Source of the DNA: Candidatus Hydrogenedentota bacterium
GTDB taxonomy: Bacteria > Hydrogenedentota > Hydrogenedentia > Hydrogenedentales > SLHB01
Reading direction: 5' to 3'
Assembly: GCA_963674865.2 (NCBI GenBank)
Contig: CAXXYE010000001.1
Location: 160,001 to 224,000, forward strand
DNA length: 64,000 nucleotides
The notes beneath the pieces were generated by a model, which had not been told where the DNA came from, ran no database searches, and worked only from the letters and a program-made list of their open reading frames with translations. Of this stretch, positions 37,660 through 47,409 are shown piece after piece (position 1 is the first letter of the stretch; the number at the start of each line of letters is the position of its first letter). A program made the translations under genes and the position numbers.

Positions 37660-39342
37660 CTAATACGACGACACATCGCCGTACGGACTGCCCTCCGTGT
37701 TCTCCGATTCCCCGTAGGTTTCCCCGTAGGCCGGCTCCGACAGCCCCGGCAGGATCGGCTGATTATTGGGATGACGCGTTTCGTTCGCGCTTGTCACCCT
37801 GACGGCCGGCCGATCCTTGAAGACGCACGACCACTCGCAGATTCCGCACCCGATGCACAAATCAGGATCCACGCGCGGCTGTTTCACTACGCGAGTCGTA
37901 CCGTCCCGGCGGCGGATTTTCTGTTCAGTGAAGAAGATTGCCTTGGGCGCAACAGGACAGTGCTCCGCGCAGATGATGCAGTCCCGCCCGTAGGCATACG
38001 GCAGACACCGCGTCGTGTCAAAGGTGGCGAGTCCCAGTTTGGCCTGCTGCTTCTCTTCCACAGGCATTGCTTCGATCGCGCCTGTAGGACACACCTGCCC
38101 GCAGAGGTTGCAGTCATAATCGCAGTATCCGATCTGCGGGATGAGCCGCGGCGTCCAGACGCCTTCCAGTCCAGCCTCGGCCAGCGTGGGATGTAGCGCG
38201 TTCGTCGGGCACACTTTCATGCACAGGCCACACTGAATGCACCGTTTCAGGAACTCGCGCTCCTCACGGGCGCCCGGTGGGCGGATGAGCTTCGGATTGA
38301 AGCCTTTGGCCTGTGCCTGGGGCGTCAGTCGGAACATGAGGAGTCCGCCTAGGCCTCCAATACCGGATGCGAGCAGCGCCCGCTTCGTGATGTCGAGTTT
38401 GCCCTCCGATGGGCGCCGCAGGGGGGATCCCGCCGTGAACTTGATGGCGCCCACATGGCACGCGTCCACACAATTCCAGCAGCCGAAACACTCCGTTGGC
38501 AGCCACGCCCCCGGTTTCTCCGGTTGGGCGGCGGCCGGACAACGCATGGCGCAACGCCCGCAATTTGTGCAGGCTTTGTCCGTGTTTGCCAGACGCATCA
38601 CCGGGCGGCGCGCCAGCGCGCCTAGGAGCCCGCCCAACGGGCAGATATACCGGCACCAGAAGCGGCGCCGGTACAGATTCAACGCCAGTGCCGTCACAAA
38701 CACCAGAAAGACGAGGGTGCTTCCCCGGAACACCTGCCGCTCCGACGAGAATACGTGGTCGCGAAAGAAGCGGTACACCGGCTCCGTGATCGCCGTCAGG
38801 TGAAGAGGCCCGACATGCGGATCGCCCTGGTACACAGCCGTCGAACCGTCCTCGATGGCGTACTGAAGTCCGGGATACACCACGACGGTTGTGCTGCGGT
38901 ACAGAAGGGAGAATGGGTCGAACACGCCGATCCAATGGCCTCCGAACAGCGCCATCACCAACAGCGCCGCCAGGAGGTAGTACTTCGCGCGTTGCCAAGC
39001 CGAGAACGAGTCCGTTGCCCGGCGGTAGCGCCGCACCCGTTTGCGCAGCCAACTTATGCCGTTGTGCAGCGCCCCCAGCGGACACACCCAGCCGCAGAAA
39101 ACGCGCCCGAGAACAAGTGTCGCCGCCACCGTCACCAACGCCAGCAAGGCTCCCGCCGGGACGGCATGTGCTGATAGCCAAGTCGCGACAAGTACCAAGG
39201 GGTCTAGGTTGAAGAAGAGCTGCATCGCCCCCGTGGGCGGCACCTCCTCACGCGCACGCGCCGCGAGGAGTAGCCAGAAGAACAGCAACAGGAAAAAGAC
39301 CTGCGTCCCCCGCCGGAGCCAGACCACCTTCCTGGCATTCAC
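37660..39342 (-). CDS. Membrane 4Fe-4S binding polyferredoxin (NapH/MauN-like fused to NapG/MauM-like)
   Basis: GRVFCGWVCPLG, FWCRYICPLG, several CxxCxxCxxxCP motifs, IRPPGA. Confidence 0.9.
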   Translation of the reverse strand: MNARKVVWLRRGTQVFFLLLFFWLLLAARAREEVPPTGAMQLFFNLDPLVLVATWLSAHAVPAGALLALVTVAATLVLGRVFCGWVCPLGALHNGISWLRKRVRRYRRATDSFSAWQRAKYYLLAALLVMALFGGHWIGVFDPFSLLYRSTTVVVYPGLQYAIEDGSTAVYQGDPHVGPLHLTAITEPVYRFFRDHVFSSERQVFRGSTLVFLVFVTALALNLYRRRFWCRYICPLGGLLGALARRPVMRLANTDKACTNCGRCAMRCPAAAQPEKPGAWLPTECFGCWNCVDACHVGAIKFTAGSPLRRPSEGKLDITKRALLASGIGGLGGLLMFRLTPQAQAKGFNPKLIRPPGAREEREFLKRCIQCGLCMKVCPTNALHPTLAEAGLEGVWTPRLIPQIGYCDYDCNLCGQVCPTGAIEAMPVEEKQQAKLGLATFDTTRCLPYAYGRDCIICAEHCPVAPKAIFFTEQKIRRRDGTTRVVKQPRVDPDLCIGCGICEWSCVFKDRPAVRVTSANETRHPNNQPILPGLSEPAYGETYGESENTEGSPYGDVSSY

Positions 39343-40271
39343 GAAACGGCAATCTCCTTGTTCGGAACCTTGCGATAGTCTATCTGTCCGAGGCCTGCGG
39401 CGTGGCCCGCCGCAATCGTGCCGATCTTCTCCGGCTCATAGCCTAGCAGGCCCGCGCCGAGCGCGTCCATAGCGACGATATCCGTGCCCACGGCCACCGT
39501 ATCGCGCCGCTCGACATAATCCAGGCTGCCCCCTGTCGGCCCGTTGGCCGTCAATACGCGCACGGCGTCCAATACGCACAGCCGCGGCTTCAAGTATGCC
39601 GTGAGATCGCTGATGCACGACGGCAGATCTTGGTGGAAGATGCCGCGCTTGTCGATTACTCCCATGAAGTTCTTCATACACAGCGATACCGTCGTCGCAT
39701 TGTGGTGCTTACAGATCGGTGCGCTGATGACGAGATCGCTCTCGACGATCTCAGGATATACCGGACAGGTCTTCAATCGCTTTCCATTGATCTCCACCTG
39801 CTTGAAGCGCTTCTTGTCTACATTGACGATGGTTGCGCCCGCATCCTTGGCAGCCTTCTCGATGCCGCTGTTCGGATACGTCTGCGCGGCGTCATTGCAC
39901 GTGTGGTCGCCCACCTTCACTTCCTTTGCCCCGGCCTCCAGGCAGAGGCGCACCAGCGTGGCCACTACGTCCGGATTCGTGTTCGCGGCATATTCCGGCG
40001 TGCGGTTCCAGGCGATATTCGGCTTGACGAAGACCACGTCCCCCTTCTTCACGAAGCGGCCCATGCCGCCGACTGCCGCCATCGCCTGCTCCGTCAGCTT
40101 GACTGCCATCGCCTGGATCGCCGGCGCCTCCGAGGCCGCCGCGCCTTTCCAGCGCGCAATGGCCATGTCTACCGGCGCTTCCGCTGCGTGCGCGCCAAAC
40201 GGCGCCAATGCCACGGCGCCGCCCGCCAAAGCCGTCCGCCTCAAGAACTCCCGCCGAGTTTGCCTGTTCAT
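39339..40271 (-). CDS. Tat-exported DUF362 domain protein
   Basis: TRREFL signal; VFVKPNIAW..ANTNP, KHH..SLCMKNFMG, GPTGG. Confidence 0.88.
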   Translation of the reverse strand: MNRQTRREFLRRTALAGGAVALAPFGAHAAEAPVDMAIARWKGAAASEAPAIQAMAVKLTEQAMAAVGGMGRFVKKGDVVFVKPNIAWNRTPEYAANTNPDVVATLVRLCLEAGAKEVKVGDHTCNDAAQTYPNSGIEKAAKDAGATIVNVDKKRFKQVEINGKRLKTCPVYPEIVESDLVISAPICKHHNATTVSLCMKNFMGVIDKRGIFHQDLPSCISDLTAYLKPRLCVLDAVRVLTANGPTGGSLDYVERRDTVAVGTDIVAMDALGAGLLGYEPEKIGTIAAGHAAGLGQIDYRKVPNKEIAVS

Positions 40272-40487
40272 ACGACTGCCTCCAGCAATTGCCACGCGGG
40301 CAGGTTGCCATCCCGCATACTTCGCTCTCTTACAAGTCCCATTATAGAACAGGCCCCCAATTCCGTCTATTCCGGCCCAATCTGCACCATTCCCATTGTG
40401 TCGCCGGGGGGAGCACGAGCAGATCTGAATCGAACTGCCCGGCGCGCCCAGTGGGAAACGGCCTCGCCGGTGCGATATGCTACGCGC

Positions 40488-41360
40488 ATGAGTGACAAGC
40501 CCTTTGAATATGCGCTCGATGACTACCCCCTTGCGCCGGCGACGCTGTATCACGTGGGCGGGCCTGCGAGGCTGGCTCTGCTTCCACCGAATGCGGATGA
40601 AGCCGTGGCGGCGTACACGTGGATGATGGGCCGGCCCGAGCCGCACCTCATCCTCGGCAAAGGTTCAAATGTCCTGATATCGGATGACGGATTCGACGGC
40701 ATCGTGTTCTTCACGGGGGGGCTGGAGCGCATCGAGGCGCTTGGGGAGGGACGCTACAGTGTGGAGGGCGGTGCGGGCTTGGAGCGGTTTGTCCGCGATG
40801 TCATCGTGGAGTGCAATTACGAGGGCGCGGGGGCGCTAACGGGCATTCCTGGCTCAGTGGGCGGCGCCATCTATATGAACGCCGGCACGGCCAACGGTTC
40901 CACCTGTCAGTTCCTGGAATCCATCGATCTGGCGACGCCCGCGGGCCTGAGGACGATCACGATGGAGCCGGGCCTTTATGGATACCGCGGGCAGTCTTTC
41001 TGTACCAAGGACGACCTCATCTTGCGTGGCCTGTTTGCCTTCACTGTCTCGGAGGCCGACCAGCGGGCTGTGTATGAGCACTACCTCAAACGGCGCAGGG
41101 AGAAGCAGCCGTGGGGCCACTGTTGCGGCAGTGTGTTCAAGAATCCCGAAAATGACCACGCCGGCCGCCTGATCGAGGCATGTGGCTTGAAGGGCGCTCG
41201 GCGCGGGGGAGCAGTCATCAGTGAGCGTCATGCCAACTTCATTATGAACGAGAACGGCGCCACATTTGAGGATGTCATGGGCCTAATCCTGCTGTGCGAG
41301 GAACGCGTGGCGGAGCGTTTCGGCGTTCGACTTCAGCGCGAAGTCGTGGTGGTTCGGTAG
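40488..41360 (+). CDS. murB: UDP-N-acetylenolpyruvoylglucosamine reductase
   Basis: GKGSNVLISDDG, GIPGSVGGAIYMNAG, GSVFKNP, HANFI. Confidence 0.95.
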   Translation: MSDKPFEYALDDYPLAPATLYHVGGPARLALLPPNADEAVAAYTWMMGRPEPHLILGKGSNVLISDDGFDGIVFFTGGLERIEALGEGRYSVEGGAGLERFVRDVIVECNYEGAGALTGIPGSVGGAIYMNAGTANGSTCQFLESIDLATPAGLRTITMEPGLYGYRGQSFCTKDDLILRGLFAFTVSEADQRAVYEHYLKRRREKQPWGHCCGSVFKNPENDHAGRLIEACGLKGARRGGAVISERHANFIMNENGATFEDVMGLILLCEERVAERFGVRLQREVVVVR

Positions 41361-41534
41361 CGGCTTTTCGACGGGTGAAAAGTGTTCCATTGTGGGCCAA
41401 GGCCAGTGTATGATCCCCCCAATGCGCCAGCCCGGGGCTCGCCTCGAGTGTGTCGGCGCGATGCTTGGGAGGGTGGGCGAACGCGGCACGCGAAGTGTGT
41501 CCGCAACAATCACTGAAGGAGACAACCGGCAACT

Positions 41535-42080
41535 ATGTACGTTCCGTCGAAGGTTTTTCTCACGCGGGGGGTAGGTCAGCATCGGGAGAAGCTGGCGAGT
41601 TTTGAGATGGCGTTGCGGAAATGCGGCATCGCCCATCTGAATCTGGTGAAGGTTTCGAGCATCCTGCCGCCGTCCTGCAAAATCATTGGTAGGGAGGCGG
41701 GCATCAAGCTACTGAAGCCGGGGCAGGTGGTTCACGTAGTCCTTGCCGAGGCGGCGACAAATGAACCGCGTCGTCTTCTGGCTTCCGCCATCGGCATGGC
41801 GGTGCCGCGTGACAAAGAGCAGTTCGGCTACCTCTCGGAGTTCCACGGATACGGCGTCACCGACGACAAAGCCGGTGAGTATGCGGAGGATCTAGCCGCG
41901 GAGATGTTCGCCACCGTGCTGGGACTCGAATTCGACCCGGCGAAGAGCTGGGATGAGAAACGGGAGCTTTGGCGTATCAGCGGCAAGTTCCTCAAGACTC
42001 GCAATATTGTTCAGAGCGCCTTGGGCCATAAGGAGCGTTGGTGGACCACGACCCTTGCGGCCGCGGTCTTGATTCCGTAG
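41535..42080 (+). CDS. pdaD: Pyruvoyl-dependent arginine decarboxylase
   Basis: LASFEMALR..GIA..NLVKVSSILPP (SS cleavage site), GYLSEFH. Confidence 0.92.
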   Translation: MYVPSKVFLTRGVGQHREKLASFEMALRKCGIAHLNLVKVSSILPPSCKIIGREAGIKLLKPGQVVHVVLAEAATNEPRRLLASAIGMAVPRDKEQFGYLSEFHGYGVTDDKAGEYAEDLAAEMFATVLGLEFDPAKSWDEKRELWRISGKFLKTRNIVQSALGHKERWWTTTLAAAVLIP

Positions 42081-42092
42081 GGGCTGCGTTTC

Positions 42093-43181
42093 ATGACGCA
42101 ACGAAAATGGCTTTCTGGGGAGCGCATTGCGCCGCCTCCCGTCGCCGCGGGATGGACGGTGGCTGAACTCGTCGACCGCGCGTTCCTCGCGTACAACGGC
42201 GGGCGCCTGCGCGAGGCCTGTCGCGTGTTCGCGGAGAAGATGCTGCGGCCGGATGTGACGATCGGCATGGCCGTGAGCGGCGCGCTGACGCCGGCGGGCC
42301 TGGGGCCCTCGTGCCTCGTTCCGCTTGTGCAACACGGCATGGTGGACTGGCTGGTGAGTACCGGGGCGAATCTCTACCATGATACTCACTTTGCCCTCGA
42401 TATGCCCCTTCACGCCGGCTCTCCCTTCGTCGATGATCGGGCGCTCCGCGAGGATCAGGTGATCCGGATCTACGATATTCTCTTCACGTATGACGTGCTG
42501 CTGGATACGGATCGCTTCTACGCGGAGATACTTCGGGGCGAGCCGTTTCAGCGGACGATGGGCACCGCCGAGTTCCATTATCTTGTCGGGAAGTATTTAG
42601 CCGCACGCGAGGAGGCGCTGGGCACCAAAGGCCGGAGTCTCTTGGTGGCGGCATACGAAGCGGGCGTACCGGTGTACACATCATCCCCGGGAGACAGCTC
42701 TATCGGCATGAATCTGGCCGCCGCGGCTCTGTCCGGGAATGGCTGCCGCATCGATCCGTCCATCGACGTGAACGAAACCGCGGGCATTGTCTACGAGGCG
42801 ACTCGCGCCGGTGAAAGCGCCGTGGTGATTCTCGGGGGCGGCTCCCCGAAGAATTTCGTGCTCCAAACGGAGCCGCACATCCAGGAGATCCTCGGCCTGT
42901 CCGACCAGGGGCATAGCTACTTCATCCAGTTCACCGACGCCCGGCCCGACACGGGCGGGCTGAGTGGCGCGACGCCGTCTGAAGCCGTCAGTTGGGGCAA
43001 AGTGGCGCCGGAGCGTTTGCCCGACACGGTGGTTTGCTATCTGGACACAACCGTCGCGCTCCCCATTCTCACGGCCTATGCCCTCGAAGCCGGGTGTTCC
43101 CGCCCGCCACGGCGTCTGTATGATCGCCGAGAGGAGATCATCACACGGCTCACCGAGGACGTGGGAAGCCAGGGGGCGTAG
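42093..43181 (+). CDS. speY: Deoxyhypusine synthase-like protein (SpeY-type, homospermidine biosynthesis)
   Basis: [39 protein letters not shown]; lies between pdaD and agmatinase. Confidence 0.8.
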   Translation: MTQRKWLSGERIAPPPVAAGWTVAELVDRAFLAYNGGRLREACRVFAEKMLRPDVTIGMAVSGALTPAGLGPSCLVPLVQHGMVDWLVSTGANLYHDTHFALDMPLHAGSPFVDDRALREDQVIRIYDILFTYDVLLDTDRFYAEILRGEPFQRTMGTAEFHYLVGKYLAAREEALGTKGRSLLVAAYEAGVPVYTSSPGDSSIGMNLAAAALSGNGCRIDPSIDVNETAGIVYEATRAGESAVVILGGGSPKNFVLQTEPHIQEILGLSDQGHSYFIQFTDARPDTGGLSGATPSEAVSWGKVAPERLPDTVVCYLDTTVALPILTAYALEAGCSRPPRRLYDRREEIITRLTEDVGSQGA

Positions 43182-43209
43182 CCTCATGGCGTCGTCCGGG
43201 ATGTAGCCG

Positions 43210-44115
43210 ATGTATCTAGGTGAAGACGAGAACTTCCTGGCATTGACGGAAGCCGATTGCCGTCCGGAGCGAGCGGGGGTGGTTATACTCCCGGTTCCCT
43301 TCGAGGCGACGTCCTCCTATGGCACAGGTTCACAACACGGGCCGGCCGCAATCATCGAGGCATCGAGAGAGGTGGAGCTCTACGATGCCGCGTTGGGATT
43401 CGAGCCGTGTATCGCGGCGGGAGGCATCGCGACCCGGCCCTTTCTCGACGTGGGAGGCTGCAATGGCCCGGCCCTCGCCGAACGGCTTCACGGAGAAGTG
43501 CGGAAATGGCTCGAAGCCGGGAAGTTCGTCATCGCTCTTGGCGGCGAACACACCTCCGTGATCGGCGCTGTTCGGGCACACTGCGAAGGCCGCGATGACG
43601 TGACGGTGCTCCAACTTGACGCCCACAGCGACCTCCGCCCCGCCTATCTGGACGATCCGTGGAATCACGCATGTGCCATGGCGCGCGTTCTGGATTTCTG
43701 TCCAAGTCTGGTGCAGGTGGGCATTCGCAGCCAGTGCCGCGAGGAGTGCTCGGCGGCGGCCCAGCACAACGTACGGGCCTTTTTCGCGCACGATATCCAT
43801 GCCGCGGACGAGCGGGGGGAGGACTGGATTGGCGAGATGCTGGGCGCGTTGAGCGGGCATGTCTATGTAACGCTCGACTGCGATGTCTTCGACCCGGCCG
43901 TTATTCCTGCGACGGGCACGCCTGAACCGGGCGGCCTGACATGGCGGCAAGTGACAACACTTCTGGCGCGCCTGTGCTCGGAGCGCCAAGTCATTGGACT
44001 GGATGTGAGTGAGCTGGCTCCAATCCCGGGAGTGCACCATCCCCAGTTCACCATCGCAAAGCTCATCTATCAATTCATTGGCTTCCGGTTTGGTTCTTCG
44101 CCGCGCGGTGCTTGA
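43210..44115 (+). CDS. speB: Agmatinase (ureohydrolase)
   Basis: GGEHT, DAHSD, DCDVFDP, GTPEPGG. Confidence 0.92.
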   Translation: MYLGEDENFLALTEADCRPERAGVVILPVPFEATSSYGTGSQHGPAAIIEASREVELYDAALGFEPCIAAGGIATRPFLDVGGCNGPALAERLHGEVRKWLEAGKFVIALGGEHTSVIGAVRAHCEGRDDVTVLQLDAHSDLRPAYLDDPWNHACAMARVLDFCPSLVQVGIRSQCREECSAAAQHNVRAFFAHDIHAADERGEDWIGEMLGALSGHVYVTLDCDVFDPAVIPATGTPEPGGLTWRQVTTLLARLCSERQVIGLDVSELAPIPGVHHPQFTIAKLIYQFIGFRFGSSPRGA

Positions 44116-44340
44116 AGCGCATGTGATCCTTGCCACGATTCCCGGAGCGATGGAAGCAGGATTTCGCCGGATCTCGCTACCGTTCCCCGGTGGCCGAATT
44201 GCCGATTGTGCCGCGCGTCAAGTCATTGGAAACAAAGAGACTGTCGAAAAGGCTGGCCTCACCCATCCGGTGAATCGCTTTCGGAATACGGCGGCGTATC
44301 CAAGTGCCGTGTGCACGGCACCGTTGAGTTATCCGGCGAT

Positions 44341-45492
44341 TGCGGACCCCCACAATCAAGTTCTAAGTGCACAGAGGTGCGTTTGCCGCTGTAGCTGGAA
44401 GACTTGGGCTGGCGTTCTGAATCCCAGACATTTCCTTGGCCGATTGTTTATCCTCTCGACGATGTAGTCGATCTGGTCTTGTGTAAGGTTCTGGAAGCTT
44501 GTGCCTTTGGGCAGGTAGCGACGGATGCGTCCGTTGACCTGCTCGTTGCTTCCACGCTGGTAGGCGGCGTAGGGGTCGGCGAAGTACACGTCGACACCCA
44601 ACTGCTGCGACAGGGTCTGGTGGTCACTGAATTCGGTGCCGTTGTCGAAGGTGATGGATTTCACCCAGGAGATGGGCCGTTCCATGAGGACTTGTATGAC
44701 GGCCTGGCTGACTTCCTTGGCGCGCTTGCTCTGGACTTTCACCGCCTCCAGTAGGCGTGAAGTGCGCTCAACCCGTGTTACGATGAAGCCGTCTTGTCCT
44801 TTCCCCACGACCAAGTCCCCTTCCCAATGACCAATCTCCTTGCGTTCCTCCACGGCGGCCGGACGCTCCTCGATACCCACGCGGTTCGGGATCGAGGTGC
44901 CCCGCCGGCCTTTCTGCTGGCCCCGTTTCTGGCGGGTCCGACGCTTCTGAGGAAGGTAGTCCTGAAGGTAATCAAGATGGTGACGGTTGGCGTAGATGGC
45001 GCTGTAGAGGGTTTCCGGGCACACCCGCATCTTCGGAGCTTGCGGGAAGTCCAGTTGCAGGCAGCCCGATACCAGTTCAGGACTGAGTTCCTCCACGGCG
45101 ATCTTCTCTTCCACGTACTCGCGCAGGGGTTCGTGGGCCAGCCGGCCCTTGGGGCGACAGGCCTTGCGACGCTCCTCATAAAGGGCCTGCGCCTTTTCGG
45201 CGTCATAGCTACCGGCCGTCGAGTTGCGCGTCAGCTCACGGCCCACGCTGGATGCATGACGGCCCAGCATCCGGCCAATGGCGGAATGCGAGTGCCCCTG
45301 CTGATGAAGAAGCTCGATCTGCGCACGTTCCATTACGGTAAACTGGGTGTAAGACATCGGGACTCCTTTTCGGTGCTGGTTGTGTAGGAACTCCCAGAAT
45401 ACAGAACTGGGCCCGATGTCTTCCTTTCATCTCCCTGCTGCGCTCCCTACAGCGGCAAACACTCCGCTGTGCACTTAGTATTGGAATCTGCA
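44341..45492 (-). mobile_element. IS30 family insertion sequence
   Basis: 32-bp inverted repeats 44363-44394 and 45447-45478 (3 mismatches) flank the transposase; exact outer ends uncertain. Confidence 0.9.
44356..45357 (-). CDS. IS30 family transposase
   Basis: N-terminal HTH GRHASSVGRELTRN; HWEGDLVVG, ITFDNGTEF, QRGSNE, NNRPRKCLGF. Confidence 0.96.
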   Translation of the reverse strand: MSYTQFTVMERAQIELLHQQGHSHSAIGRMLGRHASSVGRELTRNSTAGSYDAEKAQALYEERRKACRPKGRLAHEPLREYVEEKIAVEELSPELVSGCLQLDFPQAPKMRVCPETLYSAIYANRHHLDYLQDYLPQKRRTRQKRGQQKGRRGTSIPNRVGIEERPAAVEERKEIGHWEGDLVVGKGQDGFIVTRVERTSRLLEAVKVQSKRAKEVSQAVIQVLMERPISWVKSITFDNGTEFSDHQTLSQQLGVDVYFADPYAAYQRGSNEQVNGRIRRYLPKGTSFQNLTQDQIDYIVERINNRPRKCLGFRTPAQVFQLQRQTHLCALRT

Positions 45493-45585
45493 ACCGTTCA
45501 TTGCGCTGGAATCGGTTGTAGGCTATGATGTCTATTGTCGGCCGATGTGTCCGCATATTGTATACGTAAATGGAAGGAGTCCCGC

Positions 45586-46639
45586 ATGGAGCTAAAGGAA
45601 CTCTTTGATTTGGTGTTCAAAGAGAACGCGTCGGATCTTCTCATCAGTGCGGGCGCCCCGCCGACCCTGCGGGTCAACGGGCAGCTTCTTCGTACCAAGG
45701 CGGATGCGATGACGGCCGAGCAAACCAAGAAGATGATCTACGGCGCGCTGACGAAAGAGCAGCAGGACAAGTTTGAGCAGGAGAGGGAACTCGACCTCTC
45801 GATGGCTGTCGGGCGGAAGCACCGGTTTCGCGTCAACATCTACTACCAGAAACAGGCCGTGACGGCGGCGTTCCGACCCATCCCGGAGGAGATCCCATCG
45901 CTCGAAGAGCTGGGCCTGCCGCCCGACGTCAAAGCATGGACGAAAGCTTCGCAGGGGCTGATCCTGGTGACGGGCCCGACGGGGCATGGGAAGACAACCA
46001 CCCAGGCGGCGTTCATCAACGTGATCAATGAGGCGCGCGCCTGCCACGTGATCACCATTGAAGATCCCATCGAGTACGTTCACCACCACAAGAAGAGCAT
46101 CGTGGACCAGCGCGAGGTCGGGGAGGATACGCTCGGCTTTCACGAGGCCCAGCGCCGTGTGCTGCGCCAGGATCCGGACGTTATCCTCATCGGTGAGATG
46201 CGTGACCTGGTAACGATTCAGGCTGCCCTGCGCGCGGCCGAGACGGGCCACCTGGTCCTTGCCACGCTGCACACCAACGACGCGATCCAGACGGTGGACC
46301 GCGTGATCGACGTCTTTCCGGGGGACCAGCAGCACCAGATCCGCTTCCAGTTGTCCATGACGCTGCTGGCCATAGTCTCGCAGCGGCTGCTGCCGCGGGC
46401 GGACGGCGAGGGCCGGATTCTGGCGTGTGAACTCCTGAAGAACAACACCGCCATCGCCAATCTCATTCGAGAGGGCAAGACCCACCAGGTCTACAGCGTG
46501 ATGGAGACGGCCACGAAGGAAGGCATGCGAACCATGGACAGGTCCATCAAGGAGTTGTACATGAAGGGGGGAGATCAACTACGATGATGCGGTCGCCCAT
46601 GTGCGTAACGCCAAGGATCTCATGGATGTAGGCGCCTGA
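45586..46639 (+). CDS. pilT: Type IV pilus retraction ATPase PilT-like, with a frameshift near the 3' end (G6 at 46566-46571)
   Basis: GPTGHGKTT, TIEDPIEY, LRQDPD..IGEMRD, AETGHLVLATLHT, AIANLIREGK. Confidence 0.9.
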
Positions 46640-46712
46640 CGACGGAACCTTTTAGTATGACAGAGCATTAATCTTTGTGCGGCGAGGGAATGGTTTGAAA
46701 CGCAGAAAGCGG

Positions 46713-47396
46713 ATGTCTGGAATGGCGGAAGGATTGTCGCGCACAGTTAAGTCGAGCCACGTGAGTCATTTACGTGTCTTGTCTCAAGAGGCCGAGTCCG
46801 TTCGTGAACGCGCCGATGAAGACCTTATGCTGGCCCACGGAGAGGGTTCGGAGGAGGCCTTCGAGGAACTTGTCCGGCGTCATCAGAGGGGTGTCCTGAA
46901 CTATATGTACCGCATGGTGCAGAACAGGCACATTGCCGAGGAATTGACCCAGGAGGTCTTTCTGGCGCTTGTCAAGAACGGGCAGCGGTACCGGCCCATG
47001 GCGAAGTTCACGACGTATCTCTACGCCATTGCGTCCAATATTGTCTCAAAGGAATGGCTGCGCCGGAAACGCCGTCCGAGAGTCTTCAGTTTGTCGAGTT
47101 TTTGGGGCCGGCATGGTGAAGAAGAGGACTGCAATCCCCTGGAACACCTGGGCGACGAGCGAGCCAACGTCCTCGGTGCGTTCCAGCGCGGTGAGGTGTC
47201 GGAGGCGGTGAATGAGGCCCTGACGTATCTGCCTAGGCACCAGCGGGAAGCGTTCGTGCTGCACCGTTTTCAGGACCTCTCCTACGAAGAGGTATCACAA
47301 ATAACCAACGCGCCTATCGGTACGGTGAAGTCGCGGGTAGTGAGGGCCGAGCGCGCGTTGCGTCCGCATCTTGAGGAATTTCGTGAATACGTGTGA
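46713..47396 (+). CDS. ECF sigma-70 factor
   Basis: AEELTQEVFL, KFTTYLYAIASN, LSYEEVS..PIGTVKSRV.RA. Confidence 0.93.
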   Translation: MSGMAEGLSRTVKSSHVSHLRVLSQEAESVRERADEDLMLAHGEGSEEAFEELVRRHQRGVLNYMYRMVQNRHIAEELTQEVFLALVKNGQRYRPMAKFTTYLYAIASNIVSKEWLRRKRRPRVFSLSSFWGRHGEEEDCNPLEHLGDERANVLGAFQRGEVSEAVNEALTYLPRHQREAFVLHRFQDLSYEEVSQITNAPIGTVKSRVVRAERALRPHLEEFREYV

Positions 47397-47409
47397 GGGG
47401 GCGGTAAGG

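Noticed and set aside
44116..44340. Possible tRNA or integration site next to IS30
   Set aside because: No T-loop GTTCRA, cloverleaf or flanking direct repeat was found.
3060..46578. Long overlapping or antisense ORFs (e.g. 3060..4106, 7784..8755, 15850..17166, 30048..31040, 45592..46578) and the N-terminal extensions of 39630..41360 and 39339..40646
   Set aside because: These are shadow frames of well-supported genes in high-GC DNA, with no recognisable motifs.
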